Of a stretch of DNA of 64,000 nucleotides, positions 13,482 through 27,934 are shown piece by piece. This stretch comes from Eledone cirrhosa (Eukaryota): the NCBI GenBank assembly GCA_964016885.1, contig OZ024743.1, positions 255,254,001 through 255,318,000 of the forward strand, in the 5' to 3' direction. Positions within the stretch are counted from its first letter, which is position 1. Each line of letters starts with the position of its first letter. Made by a program: the position numbers and the translations under genes. The notes beneath the pieces are model-generated. The model did no database searches. It was not told the origin of the DNA and was given only the letters and a program-made list of their open reading frames with translations.

Positions 13482-14039
13482 ATTACGATATGCAACAGTG
13501 TATTCATAATTTCTTGAGAATTTACTCTGCATTTACTAACTCGGTTGACATCCCATTGGTTATATGTCCCTAAATAGAAGTAGTTTCACTGCATGTCACC
13601 AGGAATGATTCCTTTTCAGCTGATCAGATTGCTAAGTATTCTTCTCAAGCATATTTCAAGTACCAAAGAATAGTGATCAGTTATCTGACACCAAAGTTTT
13701 CAAACACTTTATATTTTACTGTGAAGCTTTTCAGAAGTCATTTTGCTATATGTCAGCAAGCTAACCGTTTAGAAAAATATAATTTGCAAATTTAATGATG
13801 GGTATGACTGAACAGATATGTTCATGCTCCAATAGTTTCCACTTTAGCTATAATTATTATATCAGAAACATAAAACTTATACATACACATACTGAAACAG
13901 AGTTATACACTGATGCATACTGAAACACATTCCAGATGTGCACACATTTCTCATGACTTCAGGGCTTAACATATTTCTGAGTTTAGCATCATGGTTTTCT
14001 CAGATACATGAGTGCCTTTAACCATTGCAGGTATTTTCT

Positions 14040-15840
14040 AGCTGATTTATGTGTGCTGAGTGGCTTGGTTCTCTGGAAAAGCACCAAAGTAATGACAATC
14101 AGGAGTTATAATCCCAATTTTCAAAACATGATACAAAAGAAATTGCTCCAATTATAGAGGAATCTCTTTGTTAAGTCTCCTGTTAAGTGTCTGGTAAAGA
14201 TGTGTAGGGAAATTTTTGAGTCCAAGCAAACTGACTGAATATTCACCCAGCGGTAGGTCTTTGAGGAATCATGGAAGTATTGCCAAGGGGTTTATGCTTG
14301 TTTCATAGACCTCAAAAAGGCATATGCTCATGTTCCATGGGACCAGTTGTGGTAGGTTCTGCAGGAGTATTGGATTTGACAGCTGCTTGTAGCCCTAATG
14401 TCTCTGTACACATACCCTAGTATTTGTGTTTGGATAAATGATGCTATGTCCAAACCATTCAATGTGTGTGTCTGACTCAGCCAAGGTTGTGTATTCTCAC
14501 CTCTCCTGATCCTAATTTCCATATACAGGATTGGCATGCACAGCTGGGTTTCAAGTGGTATCGAGAATGACAGGTGTAGTATCAGTTGGCTGAAATTTAC
14601 AGATGACATGGTTCTAGTTAACTTGTCAGAAAGTGATTCCCGACATGCACTAGATAAGTTTGCTGCTGAGCATTGAATGACAGGAATGAAAATTAGTGCT
14701 ATAAAGATTAATATGCTCCTCCTCTCAAGGAAGCATCTGCAGTGTATGCTACATGTGATTGGTTCCACTGAAGCAAGCAGGGAAGTTCAAGTATCTCAAG
14801 GCCATGTTCACAAATGATGGAAGGCAGAATTGAATTAAGTGCAAGAATTACAGGAGCTGGTGCAGTAATACACTAACTTCAGCATTCAGTAATCATCAGA
14901 AGAAAGGTAGATGAAAAAGTTAAGCTATCTTTAATTCAGTATTCATGCCAAGCATTATCTATGGTAATGACCGAAAAAATACGAACACAAATACAAGCAG
15001 CTAAAGTGTAGTTTTTTCTATTGGTTTTTGGAATAATGTTATTTGATATTGTGTATAGCTTGGAGATCAGAGAATCGCTCTAGGTCAGCGGTTCCCAACT
15101 TTTTATAATAAATTCCACCATAATGATATAGCAAAACAGTATCCCCCCCCTCCCAATTAAAATTTTTGATATAATTTTTGTATGTAGAAATAATTTTGGC
15201 ATGTTTTTTTATTTCAGTCAAAGTAATTATGTCAATGAGAAATTTACTAAAATAAATCATATATATCCTGTTATAAAAATAAGTTTCTTTACTAAGTTTA
15301 TTTACTAAAACATAAATTGTTATATCCAGATTTAAATAATTATCAAATGAAATAAAATCATAATTAGAAAAGGTAGAAAGTTGATAAAAAGTTGAATATA
15401 AAAATTTGAAGCAAGAAAAAGAAAAAATTATGTTAGGAAACTACTCTTCTTTTTTTATATATGAAATTTTGTGATTTTTAGTTAATTCCCGTGGCTCCCC
15501 CAATAACTTCCTATGGCCCACTGGTGGGCCATGGCCCCCTGGTTGGGGGACCAATGCTCTAGGTAGACTTGCTACTTCTCTGAAATAAGATATTAAATCT
15601 CCAATACAATGGACCTGTGGCTAGAATCTCTAAGGAAAGTATTGTTGGAGATTTTATGGGCTAAACCAACTGGTAGGATACCTAGAGTAGAGCCTAGGCA
15701 AGATGTTTGGATAACATCCATGAGCTTGCCTGGTCTCACTTTGGGATCAGCCAGATCAATTAGAGATGGTTGTTTCTGACAGGAACTGCTCAAGGGCATG
15801 CTTGAGGACTCTGCTCCCATGACAGTCCCAAGAATAAGTG
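14040..15840 (+). mobile_element. Old RTE (Expander-like) LINE remnant interrupted by a hAT MITE
   Basis: Decayed motifs LSQGCVFSPLL, KFTDDMVL, GKFKYL; reading EIRESL..DLLLL resumes across the MITE. Confidence 0.7.
15086..15556. mobile_element. hAT (Charlie-type) non-autonomous DNA transposon
   Basis: Imperfect TIRs cagcggttcccaac / gttgggggaccaatg; exact 8-bp TSD ctctaggt at 15078-15085 and 15557-15564. Confidence 0.9.
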
Positions 15841-16439
15841 AGCAAAGAAGAAGAAGGAGGAGGAGGAGAAGAAGAAGAAGAAGAAATAGCATCAATATTG
15901 AAAACATATATATATACTCATGATTATGATGATGATCCTTAGTCAGTTTCGACTATTAACATTCAGTTGTTCTATTAACTGAATATCAAACTGATTAATT
16001 AATGTGTAACTATTTAAGTATTGCTCAGACACCAGTGCCCTTAATATAATTCCCAATCTAAATCAGCACCATACAATATATGAGAAGACTTGACCTTTGA
16101 ATTACAAATACAGTTTAGCAAGAACTGAATGCAAAGAGTAGTGAAAAATAGTGAAGCTTAGTGATGGGCCTCCTTTAAAGCTAATCCTTGCTTTAGCAGC
16201 AAAAATAGCATTAAATTGCTTGTTGCAATGTGACTGTTTACTAAATTTTCTTTAGCCATTGTACTTTTATTTCTCAACATTAATTTTTTTTTTCAGTAAT
16301 ATTCTAATATTTAACAAAATATTCCATGATAAAAGCATCACAGAAATTCTTATGACCATTTCCTCCTCCATCCCCTTTAACCATATCTTCCTTGTGCTTC
16401 CTCTTCCTTTAATTCCTTTCTCTTCCACATTTATTTCCA

Positions 16440-16740
16440 TCTCTCTTCTCACCCAGTCAATTTCATCCTTCCTCAACACATGACCAAGCCATCATATTCC
16501 ATTTCTTTTTACAACATTCATCACTGGCTCTATTCTTTCCACCTAGTCACTTTTTTCCTTCCTCAATAAATGATCCAACCATCTCATTCTCTTTCTCTTC
16601 GCAAATTTCATCACTGGCTCCATTCCCATCACCCCAGTCAATGTCATCTTTCCTGAACATATGACTCATCTACATTCCATTTCTTTTCACAAAATTCATC
16701 ATTGGCTCCATTCCTCTTGCCAAGCCATTCTCATCCACCA
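16440..16740. repeat. Degenerate ~100-bp tandem repeat, about 3 units
   Basis: Recurring ttcatcactggctc(c/t)attc and ca(c/t)atgac motifs. Confidence 0.55.
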
Positions 16741-18193
16741 AACCATTCTCAAATAAAGGGGGTTGGTACAGAATGCTGCAGAGCATAGGGGAAACTGACA
16801 AAGCTTGTCATGTGGTCTCCTGCAAAGCTAATCTTACTTTTGCAGGGGAGATAGTTTTAAAAACGTTGCTGTAGTATGCGTGTTGACTACATTTTGTCAA
16901 ACATGTGTAATTCCAATTCAAAGAATATATGCTACTCTTTAACATTAATTTTGTTTTGGAAATTTCCTAATATTTTCTCTCATAACAAAATATTCTAGGA
17001 CTGAAAGCATCAGAGAAAATGTCCATCATCAGCAATTTGCTTTCTCTGCAGTGTTGAATTGATAAATTAGTTTTTTCCTCCCTAATTCCTCTTTTCTGCT
17101 TTTATCGACTCCATTTTCAATAGTTTCATTTGCTGCCTCACTCTTTGATGCTATAGGAATCTCCAACCGTTTTGACCATTCTGATTTATGACGCCAACGT
17201 CTCTAATCTGGACCCCCCTCCTTTTCTCCTGCCTGAAAGAGGGTTATTTTGTAATTTGTTTGGTTTGGTTTTTTTTTTTTTGGCTCTGTTAAGGTCAACT
17301 ACATTGATGCTTCTTTGATAAGCGAGCTTTTAGCTTCTCTCAATTCACACCAGAAATGTCTGATGTGTGTGTATGTGTATGTGTCCTCGTCAGGTTTCTG
17401 TCAATTACTAGATGAATTCCTTTATAATAAACTCCATTGGAGGTTAATCAGGGTAAAGACGTAATCTCTATTTATTAGAGACCTCCCTCCCCTTAACTTA
17501 TCATCCTGCCATCACCACCATGACCACAACTAACACCACTGCCACCACCACAGCTACCATCATCCTCACAACCAGCAACACCACAACCAAAACAGCCAGT
17601 GCCACCACCAACACTATCACCACCATCATCACCAATAACAATATTGCCCCATCTCTCACACTCTCACAAAGATCTCCTCTTCAATGAAGAAATCGTAACA
17701 AGTTTTCTCAGATGATCTCTGTGAGGCCTTCAATGGTTAATACCTCTAAAATGAATCAATTGAAAGATATTATTATATTAACCCAGGGAGATATAGAGGG
17801 GTCATCCATACACATGACACACAATGTGTTCTGAAAGAACTTCCATATTCATTAGACAATTCCAAAGAGAAAATAAGTCAACTCAACCTCTCCTCAATCT
17901 CAAAATACAAAAAAATAAGTAATAAATGAGTAAATTAAAATAATAATAATAATAATATAATCAAATAAACTCTTGTATAGCATAACAACTGCTGGTGTTG
18001 ATGCAGATGGTGGTGCTGGTACTAGTGCCAGTGCTGGTGCCTGGTCTAATTTGCTACAAATTCCTTCATAGCATCTCCCAGATCAACATTGGGGAATATT
18101 TTCTGACAAATATAGTTTTACTCTTGCCAATATTGCCAATATATATATATGTATTATATATATATATATGTGTGTATGTGTCTACATAATATA

Positions 18194-18287
<94 letters not shown>

Positions 18288-19204
18288 TGTATGTATATCA
18301 TTTTATGGTGAAGTTTACTGAGAGGAAAACGGGTTAGTTTCGAGCAATAGAGAATATTCTACAATCTTGTATTACTTACAAAACCATTTCATTCTTTCTT
18401 TTTGTTTGTTTCTTAAAATTTGTTCTTGTTTTTCTTCAGTTCTACATCAATTTGACCACAGTGTGGCCATTTTGCTGAATATGTTTGCAAATTTGGTTAT
18501 ATTTGGCAATTCTCATCTCTTCAAAAAGATTTCCCTTTCATAAACAAACAGCACTAAAAATCATTTTCCAGCTAGATAGAATATATCAACACCAACATAA
18601 TCATAACTGCAGGTGTGTAACTTAGTGGTTAGGATGTTGAATTCATGATCATAAGCTTGTAGATTCGATTACTGGTCAGGACAGTGTGTTGTTGTTGATG
18701 AAGATATTTCATTTCATGTTACTTTTTATGAGTAGGGCGCTTGTCATATAACACTCAAGAAACCTCTTAAGATAATATGACTTCATAGGAGGCAAGCTAA
18801 ACCCTTGAAAACATGAGCTGTAAATTTTAATTTCACATGTAATTTTTTCATCCTCCTCATTCCATTGAAGCAGGTAGGGAAGTTCAAGTATCTCAAGGCT
18901 GTGTTCATGAGTAATGGAATGCAGGAGGTTGAATTAAGTGAAAAAAGTGCAGGAGCTGGTGCAGTAATGCGCCAGCTTCAGAATTCAGAAGAAAGGAATG
19001 TGTATTAGCATTTGTGTTATTTATGTTACATAACTTAGCAGTTTGGCATATAGAGATTGATAATATATATACCAGAATGACCTCATATTATCAACTAATC
19101 CTTTAATTTTGTGCCCCAGCATGACCCTAGTCCAATGACAGAAACTAGTGAAATATGCTTATATATCTATCAATCTATCTATCTATATATATATATATAT
19201 ATAT

Positions 19205-19941
19205 AAGCTATTTAAACATATGTTGTTACTCTAAGGACCTACCCTTATTGAGTGCTTTGCTAACTCATTCCTATTGTAGGTCGAATTTGCTTGGCCACAG
19301 CCAAAGCTTCGGTTTTACTAAGCTTCCACTTGTATTATTTTCTCCTAGATTGAATAATTAACTAATTAATTTAATTAGACAATTCTGTTGATTGGTTAAT
19401 TATTTGTGTTTGTTTAATAACATCTGGTTGAGAGCTTTTATTCTGAATGCTTGCGGAAATTATAATATTTCCTTTGTTTATCACTTCGAATCTACCTGCC
19501 AAAACTGAGGGTTGCTTCCCTTGTTGGAAATAACACGTGACAACTAAATGTGCGTTCAGCTTGCTCAAAGCGGCAGCATTTAGAATGAACCTCGCTTTTG
19601 GACAGAACGAAACTCCTGTTGAAGAAATGAATCCTCTGTTCATCATGGAATACCACGAGCGTGCCTGTTACGTAAGTTGGATATTTGATTTTGGATTCAT
19701 AGAAACACTTTAAACGTATATCGTTTGATTTGTCCAGGTGTATCTTTTTTAACCTGTTAGTTTTTTCGTTGCTCTGGTATTGTGTGTTAGGTTTTGCCTA
19801 CCACAATGTTCAATTTGTCAAGCTATTTAAACGTGTTATTACTCTAAGGACCTACCTTATTGAGTGCTTTGCTAACTCATTCATATTGTAGGTCGACTTT
19901 GCTTGCCCACAGCCAAAGCTTCGATTTTACTAAGCTTCCAC
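19205..19941 (+). repeat. ~125-bp direct repeats (19205-19329/19820-19941) flanking ~490 bp; pLTR-like
   Basis: aagctatttaaac...aagcttccac repeated; internal hairpin gacctac...gtaggtc between degenerate ctaagga and gaa hammerhead-like motifs. Confidence 0.6.
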
Positions 19942-19984
19942 ATGTATATATATCTATATATATATATATAGATATATATATAGA

Positions 19985-20347
19985 TATATTGGATGTGCAA
20001 TGTCAATGTGTGTGAACGACCAAGCATAGACGAGTTGAGAAAGAAACTGGGTATAAGAGGGATAAGCTGTGGTGTGCAGGAGAGAAGGTTGAGATGGTAT
20101 AGACATGTGATGCGCATGAAGGATGACCGATGGGTAAAGAAGTGCCAGGAAGTCCCAGTGGAGGGAAGACGCAGTAGAGGTAGACCATGAAAAACATGTT
20201 CGGAGGTGGTGAGAGCAGACCTCAGATCGCTAAAACTCACGGAGAAGTTGACGAAGGACCGTGACGGGTGGAGAGATGCTGTGCTGAATAGGACCCCTCC
20301 AACCCTTGCAAGCAGGAAAAGCAGATGTAAAATGACGATGATGATGA
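19985..20347 (+). mobile_element. RTE LINE 3' fragment (family B, short 3' UTR)
   Basis: VQERRLRWYRHVMRMKDDRWVKKC..RSRGRP; ends acccttgcaagcagg..(GAT)n. Confidence 0.9.
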
Positions 20348-20350
20348 TAT

Positions 20351-20604
20351 ATATACTTTACATCTTGCTAAAAAAAAGATTGCTAGGGATCTAATTCTAT
20401 TAATATAAAAATATCTTACATAAAAATACAGACTATCCATATGGGTATATACTAGTGAAGTAATTTAAAATAAAAAACAAATCTTTATAAACATTTCAAC
20501 CTAGGGGTAGAGTATTTATTTCTATATTGTAAAGATGTTTCTATATTTATAAGCTTCTCTAAATTAGATTCCTAGCAATCTCTTTATCGTGATGTAAAGT
20601 ATAT
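20351..20604. repeat. Older degenerate fold-back inverted repeat
   Basis: atatactttacatc..agattgctagggatctaatt versus aattagattcctagcaatct..gatgtaaagtatat. Confidence 0.6.
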
Positions 20605-21658
20605 TGCTGACAAAGTTTACATATATATGATATTTGTTACTCCTTAAATATTTGGCAGTTTATGTTGGCTGCTATTTCTAGTGACAATTTTAAACACATC
20701 CCCATAAGTTCGTAATGTACAAATATTTACCATGTTGTTAGATCTACGCATGCTGGATCATTGGATGCACAAAATATTCAACAACATGTGAATACATCTT
20801 TTTCTTAAAATTATAATCAGAAACCGCTCTGAAGATCAAACCAGTTCTGTTAGAACGAACTGTCTTAATTAATTATAATGGTAAATTCTGTTCTTTTGCT
20901 CATGTAACTGCAGCAAAGGTAACATTTGTTGAGCCCTCTAGCTCTAGGTTGCTTAACGAATACTCTACTCCTAGGATGAGATGCTTGTGATTTTGTTATT
21001 TCAAGTTATTTCAGTGGGATCTACCCTTTAGAATAGTCTGTAATTTTATTTGATATATATGTATATGATGCCATGACAAAATCACTTAGTGCACGCTGTA
21101 AAGTAGTTGTTCTGGTGCCACAACATAAAGGGTCCAATCCACACTCTAAAGTGATCATTTTGGTGCATCAATAAAAGACCCCTAGTCTGTGCTGTAAATG
21201 TGGCTGGCATTAGGAATGGCATCCAGCCATGGAGACCAAGCCAGAAACAGTTCTGTATGAGCAAGACATGGTCATCTAACCCACAACACGACAACTCATA
21301 TAACCCATTCCAGCATGGAAAACTGGATGATAATGATGATGTATTTCTTAATAAGTATGAAGACAAGATTATACATTTTCATACTTCAATTTATTGAATA
21401 ACCAAAGATTATGTGCATTTCAGAGGCACCTTCCAGATGTTAAGTAACAGTAGCTAAGGTGGAAATCTCTTTATCAGATTGTTTGTTATATGTAATCAAA
21501 GTGGGTGCCATGATAGATCAAAGGAGATAAGGTGCAAAACTAGCAATATATTTCTTTATTGTACTGCGTCGTTTGCTTTGTTATTACTGTTTGCCTTTTG
21601 CATGCACACATACACACACACACACACGCGCACACGCACGCACACGCACACGCACACG

Positions 21659-21716
<58 letters not shown>

Positions 21717-21719
21717 GGG

Positions 21720-21923
21720 CAGGTCATGTTGTCCTATCATTGCCAAAAATTGAAAAATACACTCAGTTAGTTTTGTTTTTCGCTCCAGTATAGTTTTATA
21801 TCTCTATAAATAATCTAGCTGGCAATCAATGTTTATCATTGATTGACCTACAGTTAAAAATATAAACATGAATATAATTTCTCAAAGTTCTTTTGTCACA
21901 TTTTTTAGGACATCTTCAGTGAT
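21720..21923 (-). mobile_element. Penelope-like terminal fragment with decayed hammerhead (21881-21923); homologous to 56720-56945
   Basis: Shared ggcaatcaat..attgattgacc.acagttaaaaatata block; minus strand CTGAAGA-tgtc...tgtgac-AAAAGAACTTTGA. Confidence 0.6.
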
Positions 21924-23147
21924 TATTGCATTAGGAAGAGCATCCACCCGCAGAAACCAAGCCTAAATCAGCTCTGTATGAGAAAAACATGGTCCCCAAC
22001 CTGGATCTCTCAAAACAGGACAGCCCATCCTAGACATGCTTGTGTGGAAAATGGAGGTTAAATATGCTTGTGTAATAAACATACATATATTTTGCTGTAG
22101 GTATCATCCCACAGCTACCTCAGTAAACATTGAGGATGCTAAATATTAAGTATTTAATTGTCTTTATCCATCCTCAGAGATATTCTCATGTACCCACTTA
22201 CATATGTACCCACATACATATGTACCTACTTACATATGTAAAATATACAAAAAAAACATTGTATATGTTTTCATATTTGCCTCTATATTGAGTCACGCTG
22301 TGTTAGTGCTGTGGCTAATTAATACAGGACATCAAGTTCATTCTATATGAAAATGAGCCTCTCCATAAATATATTATTTTCAAAGATTTCTATATAACTT
22401 AATCTATTTTTGCCTCAGAACTGAGTGAGTAAACATCACTTAAGATGGATAAAATTCATAAAATACTGTGATAGATGTGAGATGAACACATCTTAAATGA
22501 GACTTATGTATGTTTATTATACATAGACACATTTTCTTTATACAAGTCTGTATTTTCTATACATACATATAAGCATATTATATATTATATGCATTTAAAC
22601 AGAACAAAAAATTGTTAAAAAGATTTATTGCCTTAGAGACAGATATAGAAAGGCAAATAAACAGACAGACCGATAGATGAGATTGGTAGATAGATAGCTA
22701 ACTAGCTAGCTAGCTAGATAGATAGATAGATAGAGTTTGAAACAGTTAGTTTGATAGATAAATAAATAGATTAATAGAGAGATCAAAAGGTAGATTACCT
22801 GATAGATAGACAAATCAAATTGATGGTACAGGATGTTTCATTGGCAATATATTTGCAAAAGTTCAAAGAATATATTAACAACACCAAATTGTTCTAGACA
22901 TTTCCATAAATTCCTCTCTGATACAAGGAAGTTATCTGATAATTCTAATAAGGTGAATGTACTGAGTTGTTTGCCTTAGGCATGAAGAATAATTTGCTAC
23001 ATGTACACACACATATACATCCACACACTTACACCACACACACACATATATATATATATGTATATATATATACACATACATAATACATACACATACAGAT
23101 ATCTGTCTCTCTCTATATATATATAAATATGTGCATATATATATATA

Positions 23148-23223
<76 letters not shown>

Positions 23224-26200
23224 AATATACATGCGTGCCTGTGTGCATATGATAGCACAGTTTCCTGTGTGTGTCTGTTTAATATATTCATATTGTGATA
23301 AAGTTAAATGGATTGATACATAGGTATCAGCTGTAGAATGTCTTATTAAATATCAATAAACTTTGCGATTGATTGAATGTGTATCTATAAGAATCCTTCA
23401 ATGTCTAACTACTATGAGAATATAATTACAGTCCTCATCACAGAAAGACCAACTTTAAATTCACATGGAAGAAGACTTTATTTACATTTGTGTTTACATC
23501 TAGAGAGCTACGTACAAATTTCTTAACTTTGTCTGCATTTCTATCTGGCTGAAATATAAATAAGACCCCACAATTCACTTTACTATAATAAATAATAAAA
23601 ATAATGAGGATAACACAGTTAGGTTTTATGGACAACTTCCAGATATATAAAAGTTTAGTTCTGCTGGAATTTGGTAAATCAGCTAATAGAATTGAAGTGA
23701 TTCATCAGATTTATCTGCTTATCTGTTGCATTTGAATAATTACTATGAAGAGGAAGTGTTTTGAAGTTTCCTTGCCTCTGTTTCTTACCTTGTGTCTACT
23801 ACAACCTCAGATGCTGACCAAAGTTTTCTGAATGAGATTTGTAAGGAAATACATGAAAAGTGTGAGGAAATACATGAGTATATAAGTATATATGATCATC
23901 ATCAGTAGCAGCAGCTATTAATATTTAATAACTGTTTCTATACCTGTATGGGTTGAACGAGTCCCCCTCTAATTATTATTATTATTCCTAAATTTGGCAC
24001 AAGATCAGTAATGTGAGGGGAGAGGGAAATCAATTATATCGACCCCAATACTTGACTGGTACTATATTTTATCGACCACAAAATGATGAAAGGCAAAGTT
24101 AACACCAGGAGGATTCGAATACAGAACATAAAGAGATGTAACTGCATGTCACAAAGCATGTTGTCCAATGCTCTAATGATACTGCCGATTCACCACCTTT
24201 ATAATAATAATATTGTGTCTGAGAGTAATGAGCCAATGTTTAAGGCTGTATTGAAGGAGGGAACAATAGACAAGAGGATGTCCAAGAAAGAAGTAACAAC
24301 AAAGACGAAGAATAAGCTGAATGAAAAGGCCTTTCACAGCATCTTTTTGAAAAAAAAAACAGAATTCAGATATCTGTAGCCATGGAACTGATTAAAGAAC
24401 ACCCATTTTTGGAACAGCAGGGACTCTCTGATTCATCCTGAATATCTGAGGTTGCATGTAGCAGCTTGATGTTCATTACGGAAAATAATATCAGTGACTG
24501 AGATATCAAAGTAGTAGTGATAATGTCTCAAGGGAGAATAATTATAAATGATAATGTGGTTAAGTTTTATGGAGAACTTCCAGATATATAAAGTTTGGTT
24601 CTATTGGCATTTGTTAAATCTAGAAATAGAATCGAAATGATTCATCAGAGATTTATGTATCTCTGCTGCAATTGAATAGTTGATATAAATAGGAACAGTT
24701 TCAGGTATTCCACCCCATTGTGGCTACCTTGAATACTTTGAGCCAATATGTAAGTCTTCAGGCTGATCAAACAATGCCTTGTGAGTAAATCTTGGTAGAT
24801 GAAATCTTCTGAGGTAGCCTATCACACACACACACATAAATACATTGGATTATGAATGAAGAAAGGTGATGGTGAAGGTGGTGATGGAGTGGCAATGTGT
24901 GTGGAGGCTGGGGTGGTGGCAGTGGCAGGGGGTGGGAGAATGGTGCCAGTTTCAGTGGTGGCTGTGGTAATGGTTGACACAGTGGTAGAGGCTGTAGTGG
25001 TGTTGGTGGTGGTGGTGCTGGTAAAGAAACTATTAATGAAATCAGATATTAAAGTTATTAAATGAGTTAATTAAAGCCATTAGTTTCTAGATAAAGAATG
25101 AGATATATTCACCATTTGATAATCTATAATTCACCTTTTAGTCTGACCAATTCTAAACAGAAGACAGGTGGTGGTGGTGGTGCATGGGGAACTTCTATTT
25201 AAAATGATTTCATGTTAAATGTCATTTATTTATTAATGTCTACCACTGACCAACAGACAGACTTAGTGAAAATGAATGACAACATATTTAAATATGTTCT
25301 CAAAATACTTACTATTAATCAGCTCCATTGCCTGACAGGCTGAAGGCTGAAGATTACAAGTTGATAAAATACTGACCATTCTCTGATAGGTTTATTATTG
25401 AAACTATTACCGTCAGTAGTACTTTCTCCAGCATCAACCAGGTGAATTTGGTAGTGGGCACAAGCTCTGTTGCTTGACATAATGGAGACCCCCCAAGCTA
25501 ACAAAGTACTGGCCATTCTCTGATAAATTTGTTGTGAAATCTATAGTGGTCATTGTTACTTTTTCTAGTGACAACTTGGAGGATTTTGGCATCAGACCCT
25601 TCCATTACCCAACAAGTTGGAAATCACAATCTGACTAAATATGAGCCACTCTCTGAATAGGTTTATCGTCAAGCCCATAGTTGTGGAAACATCTGGCCTC
25701 CTGTGTCCTTGAACCACCTCATAACTTACAGCAACTGTGATGGAGAGGGTCAGAACAACCACAAGAGGTGGACTGTCTTCTTTGTTGAAACCATATCAGT
25801 GGAAACATCTGGTGTCCTGAATCCTTGAACCACCTCCCTACTTACTGATATTAAGATGGAGATGAACATCCACAAGAATAAGTCATGTGAGATGGTCTAG
25901 CATTTTAACATATTTTACACCTCCCTCACTCTAGGGAGAAGAGTTTCAAACTCAAGTACTCAAAAGGGCCATATGTTCTTAGGGAGAAGCATGGCAGACC
26001 AAAAGTAAAACGGGGGTGCGGAGATACGTTATTTCCACCATTTATGATGCTAATCTACAATACAGTTGATAAGCTGCTATTAATATTTTTTCATAAAAAA
26101 TGAATATGCATATGATAGTAAGTGGGTAAATTGCTGTAAGGTAAGCCATTTAACAGAATCATGAAACAACAACAAAATTAAACAAGATGTTTATTAAAGC

Positions 26201-27699
26201 TGTTGGGACTATATCTTTAATGAGTATGTTGCTTACATGTTTAAGTTATATTTAATATAATCAAGATTGTGGAAGAATTTTAATAAAATATAAAACTTCA
26301 TACGTCAGTTTTTGTACATCATCATGTGTTTGCTTATCCATGCTTGCATGGGTTGGACAGATCTTTTCCAACACAATATTCCTATAATCATTGCAGTATT
26401 TTGTAATCTCCTCTGTGAGCTACTGTGAGATAAGCTCTCACAACTTCAACCCAGCTCAATCTTTGTCTCCTTCTATATTATGGATAATGTTGACGAATTC
26501 AAATCTCATTATCAGTCACGGTGTAATGACATTTTGGTTAAGATTTTAATTTAAATATGTAGTCTCAGTTTAATTGATATTATATGAGTTAATTACTATT
26601 CGTTAACATTTCATTAGAATATTGTCAATGTGAACAATGGTTGCTTCTAAATTCTGTTAATATTGCTGTTATGATGCTTATGATGTGCATGACTGGAGAG
26701 TCCTAGTCTGATTTGGAATAGCTGTTGGTATGAGCTGTACACAAGTCTAAGAGCAGGATGGCATGGCTGGAAAGTCGCAAGTCTGCTGCTCAATAGCTCT
26801 TGGCATATGTTGCATAACAGTCTAGAAATAAGGAGTTTAGTCTTGAAATACATTTTTTTATCCCCATCATCATCTTAAGTCTATTTTCCATACTGGCATG
26901 GGTTGGATGGATTGTCATCGTCTGATAAAAGAAATGGTTGAATAATTACTTCTCGATAAATGTGTTCCATATTTTGGTATAGTTTCTATATCTAGATGCA
27001 TTTTCAAATGCTTACCACTTTACAGAGTGTACTGGATGCATTTTATCATAGCATCAACACATACACTTTACAGAGTGTATTAAGTGAATATTATTGTGGA
27101 AAAAAAACACTAGAGAAGTTGTCATTTACTCAGTAAAACTAAAAAGTACTCTCTGCTCTATATCGTCTCCTTTTGATTGCTAACCACTTTACAGAGTGTA
27201 CTGGGTGTATCTCTTAACATTCGTTCACTTCATTATGACTGACAATGTAAAGATAAATCAACAACGGTATAAATCAACAGAACAACAAAGCAAGTACTTA
27301 AAAACTTGGGAGACAAATGGAAAGAGTTTGACAGGAATTTCGTGTATGTCAGTGCTAAAATTATTCTATAATTCCAATTGAATGTTTTAAATTCTGTTAG
27401 AATTTAAATTATATATAAGTGTATTTTTTTATTCTTACAGGTAATTATGTGCTGTTTTATTCAGACTAATGTTGTCCTTAACTTGGTTACTATAGTACCA
27501 GTCAACTTTTCTCAGTTGTATATCATATTCAATATGATATACTGGACTAGTGTACTTCTTATCATGCTTGTTATATTCACAACTATTTGGTTGTTGTGTC
27601 ACACACCTGTCTTCAAGTCTCTACCATATCCAGTATTACATTATTTCATACACATATATTTAGACTTGTGTACTTATCTTGCTTATTATAATCACAGTG

Positions 27700-27930
27700 A
27701 TTTGGGCGGCATGATCATTTTCCTATTCCACGGAGGTAAATCCCTCTTCTGGGATGCCACATGCAGTGACACTTTCTCCAGTGGCGACCTCGTGCAGTCT
27801 GTGACTAATACAGGCTCTACTGCACTTCAAGCCAAGGAAGGTAAACTCTTCAAATATTGGTCACTCTCTGATAAGTCGAGCCCATAGCAGTGGAGACTTC
27901 TGTTGTCCTTGGCCCTAGGATCAAGAGTTC
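27700..27930 (+). mobile_element. Restriction-like endonuclease domain remnant of a CRE-type non-LTR retrotransposon
   Basis: GKSLFWDATCSDTF...GSTA...E.K..KY..L....PIAVET..LGP; related decayed pieces (KPIVVETSG) at ~25650-25850. Confidence 0.65.
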
Positions 27931-27934
27931 ACTT

